A stretch of 64,000 nucleotides of DNA from Bacillaceae bacterium (GTDB lineage Bacteria; Bacillota; Bacilli; Bacillales; Bacillaceae_L). The stretch spans positions 17,083-81,082 of the forward strand of contig JBEQAC010000001.1 of assembly GCA_041640535.1 (NCBI GenBank). Reading direction: 5' to 3'. Positions 60,748-64,000 of the stretch are shown piece after piece (position 1 is the stretch's first letter; every line of letters starts with the position of its first letter). The translations under genes and the position numbers were made by a program. A model generated the notes under the pieces. The model saw nothing but the letters and a program-made list of their open reading frames with translations. It did not search any database and was not told where the DNA came from.

Positions 60748-61167
60748 ATGGAAAATTTGCATATCGGCTTACTATTTTATGGGAATTTCGTCATCACTGC
60801 TTTGGTTTATTTATATCTACTGAAAAATAAAAAATTAATAGGATTTCAGCTTGGGATGAATATTTCGATGGTCATCGGAGGAATGGTGGCTGTTAATTCG
60901 GGTGTTTTATTAATTACACAGTTTCCCTTCTCCTATACCATCGTCACGATTATTTCAGCCGTGATCGGCATTGTGATTGGTGGTGTGGTTGGAGCTTTAT
61001 TTGATTATCAAACCTTTTTGACAGGATATGTGAACGGGTTGATGATGGGAATCATGGCACCGATGATCGGAGGGGTTGTACAGAGCAATATCTTCTTTAT
61101 TATCTTTATTGAACTATTATTATTAAGTTCCATTGTATTAGTATTGTCATCCATTAAACGTTCATAA
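60748..61167 (+). CDS. Met/Gly-rich membrane protein, paralogue A
   Basis: SD GGGGTGA, ATG 60748; 4-5 TM helices; MNISM and MMGIMAPM. Confidence 0.8.
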   Translation: MENLHIGLLFYGNFVITALVYLYLLKNKKLIGFQLGMNISMVIGGMVAVNSGVLLITQFPFSYTIVTIISAVIGIVIGGVVGALFDYQTFLTGYVNGLMMGIMAPMIGGVVQSNIFFIIFIELLLLSSIVLVLSSIKRS

Positions 61168-61183
61168 ATTGAGGTGTCTATCC

Positions 61184-61654
61184 ATGCATGGATTATTAGT
61201 GACCCTATTTTTATTTAACTTTGTTCTATTCTTCATAATATATAAAACGTTAAGAAGATCACGAAGATTGTATGAAGATCGCTTTGCCATGATTGCAGCG
61301 ATGAGCTCTTCAGGTATTTTTTCCATGGTTTTAAGTATGATTTTATCGTTGTTACTTCTAGATTGGATTGGATTAACAATTATGATTGCAATCACAACAA
61401 TCTTTGGTAGTTTACTAGGAGTCCTTTTCGGAGCCTTGGGAAAGTATCAATCGGTCCTTGCTGGTTATTTTTCTGGACTCATTGGAGGAATGATGGGGAC
61501 AATGGTTGGTGCAGTCGTATTAGATCCTCGTTTGTGTGGACTTCCAGGAGAGATTGCATCAACCATCAGCCAAAATGCACTCATCATGGGTGTTTTTGGA
61601 ACGCTAGTTGTTGTTTTTTCCTCGTGGTTTATTTATTTTTCCTTTAGAGTATAG
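61184..61654 (+). CDS. Met/Gly-rich membrane protein, paralogue B
   Basis: SD GAGGTG, ATG 61184; MIAAM, MVLSM and GGMMGTM; aligns with 60748. Confidence 0.8.
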   Translation: MHGLLVTLFLFNFVLFFIIYKTLRRSRRLYEDRFAMIAAMSSSGIFSMVLSMILSLLLLDWIGLTIMIAITTIFGSLLGVLFGALGKYQSVLAGYFSGLIGGMMGTMVGAVVLDPRLCGLPGEIASTISQNALIMGVFGTLVVVFSSWFIYFSFRV

Positions 61655-61668
61655 GAGGAGGGCGAAAT

Positions 61669-62268
61669 ATGTTGAGAAAAATAGGGATTGCTTTCATTGT
61701 GGTGGCAACCTTAAGTGGTTTCTATTTAATCTATAAAGTATGGCCAACAAATCAAGGCTTACCCTCTATAACAAAGGTTAAAGAGTTTACATTGGAATCA
61801 ATTTATACGGAGGAGTATCAGATAAATAACGATAAAATAAAATTAGTCGCTTTTTTTTATATGAAATGCCCAGATATTTGTCCGATGACGATGAGTGATT
61901 TGAAGATTCTTCAGAATAAGCTAAAGGATCAGGGCCTCTTTGGTTCAAAGGTGGAAATTGTGGCGATTACCCTTGATCCAATAAATGACTCGAAGGAAAA
62001 TCTGCTACAATATGCAGACCATTTCAATGTTGATCAAACAGGCTGGTACATTTTAAGAGGTTCAGAGAAAGAAATAGAGGCGGTAGCAAGGCAATTTCAA
62101 ATGGTCTATAAAAAAGATGAAAATGGCTTTGTGACCCATGGAACCAATATGTATTTGGTGGATACGAAAAATACGATCCGCTCCATTCATGAAATGGCCA
62201 TTGGAGATAAAAACGTAAACGTAGAAGAAATCTTAAAGAATATCGAACTTTTGTTAAAGGAATCATGA
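61669..62268 (+). CDS. SCO1/SenC family copper chaperone
   Basis: N-terminal TM anchor, CPDICP (CxxxC), ITLDP..D, conserved His in VTHGT. Confidence 0.92.
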   Translation: MLRKIGIAFIVVATLSGFYLIYKVWPTNQGLPSITKVKEFTLESIYTEEYQINNDKIKLVAFFYMKCPDICPMTMSDLKILQNKLKDQGLFGSKVEIVAITLDPINDSKENLLQYADHFNVDQTGWYILRGSEKEIEAVARQFQMVYKKDENGFVTHGTNMYLVDTKNTIRSIHEMAIGDKNVNVEEILKNIELLLKES

Positions 62269-62288
62269 TCTTCTATCAATTAGATAGG

Positions 62289-62316
62289 CACATTCGCTAG
62301 AGATTAGTCATACCAC
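62289..62316 (+). promoter_or_regulatory. Mother-cell (sigma-E/K-like) promoter of cotO
   Basis: CACA-N16-CATACCAC. Confidence 0.45.
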
Positions 62317-62355
62317 TAAACAGATTGAAAACCACGAAGAAGGGAGGGGCTTGTC

Positions 62356-62811
62356 TTGAAAGTGAGAACAAAAGCAGAGAAAAATCAACCTCTTTTATAC
62401 ATTTCACCCCCAAAAACAAATCCAATCGTTGCTCATATGCAATGGAGTTATATTAAGAAAAAAGATGAAAGACAAACTCCAGTACCTGAAATTGAAAATA
62501 AGAAAGTCACTCGTCATGAGAGCCAGGCTGAAGAAAGTGACTTTGAATTTATAGAGCAAGAAATACAGCCATCTGTAAAAAAGAGAAAAAAGCTTAAGGA
62601 AATGAAAATCTCAGAAAAAATTCATTTCTTATGCGATTTACCATCTACTATTCCAAAAGTGATCTGTGAAATTCATACAAAGGATCAAATCTATTATGGG
62701 TATATTGAGTCCTATTACAAGGAAACCGTTCATTGTCGAGCTTTTACAGATTTAGAGAAGTTTAAGTTAAAGGTAGATAAAATAAAAGAAATTCAAGTGT
62801 TAGGATTTTAA
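62356..62811 (+). CDS. cotO: Spore coat morphogenetic protein CotO
   Basis: PLLYI..P...MQ N-terminus; M.ISEKI.FL..LP..P...CEI.T...Y.G; ends LGF; convergent with cotZ. Confidence 0.85.
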   Translation: MKVRTKAEKNQPLLYISPPKTNPIVAHMQWSYIKKKDERQTPVPEIENKKVTRHESQAEESDFEFIEQEIQPSVKKRKKLKEMKISEKIHFLCDLPSTIPKVICEIHTKDQIYYGYIESYYKETVHCRAFTDLEKFKLKVDKIKEIQVLGF

Positions 62812-62850
62812 AGAAACCGCCTGTAGATTTCACAACAGGCGGTTTCTTTT
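62811..62850. terminator. Bidirectional terminator, cotO/cotZ
   Basis: AAGAAACCGCCTGT...ACAGGCGGTTTCTTTT. Confidence 0.9.
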
Positions 62851-63278
62851 TAGTGGATATATTGAACTAAACGAGGATTTACACAATGAATATTTTTTAA
62901 AAATGAAAGGTCAATTTCAACACATGAATTGGTTTTTACTAATCTCGTAACTTCTTGCATATCGGTCATTTCCTCAAACTCCACAGGTCTATTCCCTTTA
63001 AAAGGCTGTAGTAACGATAAAGTTGCGCAGCCTTCTATGATGTTTTCTACTCGAAAAAACGGTGTGTGAAAGCATTCTTCTTTTCCATTCTGACCTATAT
63101 TCCCGAATGCTTTAAAAACCTTACCTGAGGGTGTGAAAATAACAAAAGGAATAGAATGACTTACCATCCTTTTAGGTGATAACAAATCTTGAAAAGAGCT
63201 AAGTAAGTAATCATCATGGATCGCATGTTGCAATTCGTGGATGATAGTGATAATACTTGATTCATTTTCTCCGCTCAT
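62850..63278 (-). CDS. cotZ: CotY/CotZ family crust protein (distal, CotZ position)
   Basis: IPFVIFT..G..FKAFGN, CF.TPFFRVE.I..GCATLSLL.P, CVEIDL. ATG 63278 after SD GGAGTGA. Confidence 0.78.
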   Translation of the reverse strand: MSGENESSIITIIHELQHAIHDDYLLSSFQDLLSPKRMVSHSIPFVIFTPSGKVFKAFGNIGQNGKEECFHTPFFRVENIIEGCATLSLLQPFKGNRPVEFEEMTDMQEVTRLVKTNSCVEIDLSFLKNIHCVNPRLVQYIH

Positions 63279-63293
63279 TGAATGCCTCACTCC

Positions 63294-63770
63294 TTAATAA
63301 GAGTCGTCTTCATAAGAATCATCTTCCTCATCATCGAAGCTTTGAACGACTAACTCTGGAGAAAGACATTGAATGGCACAGAAACTACTCAGATCAACTT
63401 CAATTGTAGAGTCTGTTTTTTCAAGCTCTGTTACGATAAAAGGATCACAAATATTATCCTCACATAATTGTTCGTCATCTGGCATTAAAAGAGAAAGGGT
63501 TGCACTACAATCCTTTAATCTCTCCACTCGGAAAAAGACCGTCTGAAAACATTCCATATCATCAAAATTACCAACATTTCCAAAAGCACTAAATAAAGTA
63601 CCCGTTTTTGTATATAACAGAATCGGGATTGTATCTCTACCTGCAATCATGACAGGATTTAATAATTCTTGATAGCTACTATTAGGGTTTCTTTTCATTG
63701 CAGCATGTTGTGATTCAAGAATAGCTTGGGCGGCCATGCTGACACAATTTATGTCTTTGTCATAACCCAT
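63294..63770 (-). CDS. cotY: CotY/CotZ family crust protein (proximal, CotY position)
   Basis: DTIPILLYTK.G..FSAFGN, CFQTVFFRVE, ATLSLL.P, EVDLSSFCAIQCL. Confidence 0.78.
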   Translation of the reverse strand: MGYDKDINCVSMAAQAILESQHAAMKRNPNSSYQELLNPVMIAGRDTIPILLYTKTGTLFSAFGNVGNFDDMECFQTVFFRVERLKDCSATLSLLMPDDEQLCEDNICDPFIVTELEKTDSTIEVDLSSFCAIQCLSPELVVQSFDDEEDDSYEDDSY

Positions 63771-63969
63771 GTAGTTTCACTCCTATTTTTTATTTACTCT
63801 AATGAATATGTCTATAAAAGTTTATAGGAGGACAAGAACAATTGTGTTAGGTAGATGCCTAAGTTAACAAATAAGGACAGAAAGACTAGCTAGAATTATC
63901 GAAGAGTTTAAGCAATTTTTAGTTTATTGCATATTCTATGATGATACTCTAATCAAAAGGAGGGTATAG

Positions 63970-64000
63970 ATGACAAAGGAAATTCGCCATGATGAATATG
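63970..64000 (+). CDS. Start of an unidentified gene, truncated by the window end
   Basis: SD AAAGGAGG and ATG 63970; upstream AGCA-N15-CATATTCT sigma-K-like promoter (63911-63937). Confidence 0.55.
   Translation, partial: MTKEIRHDEY

Overview
Low-GC Bacillaceae chromosome window with two parts. (1) 1-24 kb is the conserved yjb backbone: yjbA, trpS with a Trp T-box, a DUF4015-like hydrolase, spxA, yjbE/TerC, mecA, cls, coiA, pepF, the RoxS/RsaE sRNA, yjbH-yjbI, yjbJ-yjbM, ppnK, yjbO, prpE, a SEDS gene, mgtE, yjbQ and fabI with a FapR box. It also holds two copies of a ~200-bp MITE-like element with 8-bp target duplications. (2) From ~24.1 kb to the end is a spore-surface region between fabI and cotO/cotYZ. 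It contains a ~26-kb run of apparently soluble glycan genes (cgeD, a CgeB-like GT, GT2/GT4s, manC, sulfotransferase, pyruvyltransferase, a PP-loop protein, an rfbF-SDR-UXS-UGD cassette, GNAT-deacetylase-ACP, two paralogous HP-motif GT-B-like proteins, Neisseria/Campylobacter-type neuBCA, FkbH). After it come cotI/cotSA/cotS, ytcABC/ytdA, two Met-rich membrane paralogues with an SCO protein, cotO and two CotY/CotZ genes. Several sigma-K-like promoters and GerE-like boxes are present. Best candidates for undescribed biology: an FkbH/ACP/GNAT/deacetylase module that may put a glyceroyl group on a sialylated spore-crust glycan, candidate new sialyltransferases, a possible CDP-pentose pathway, and a MxxxM membrane pair plus SCO copper module. 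All family assignments come from motif recognition and recalled homology; no searches were run.
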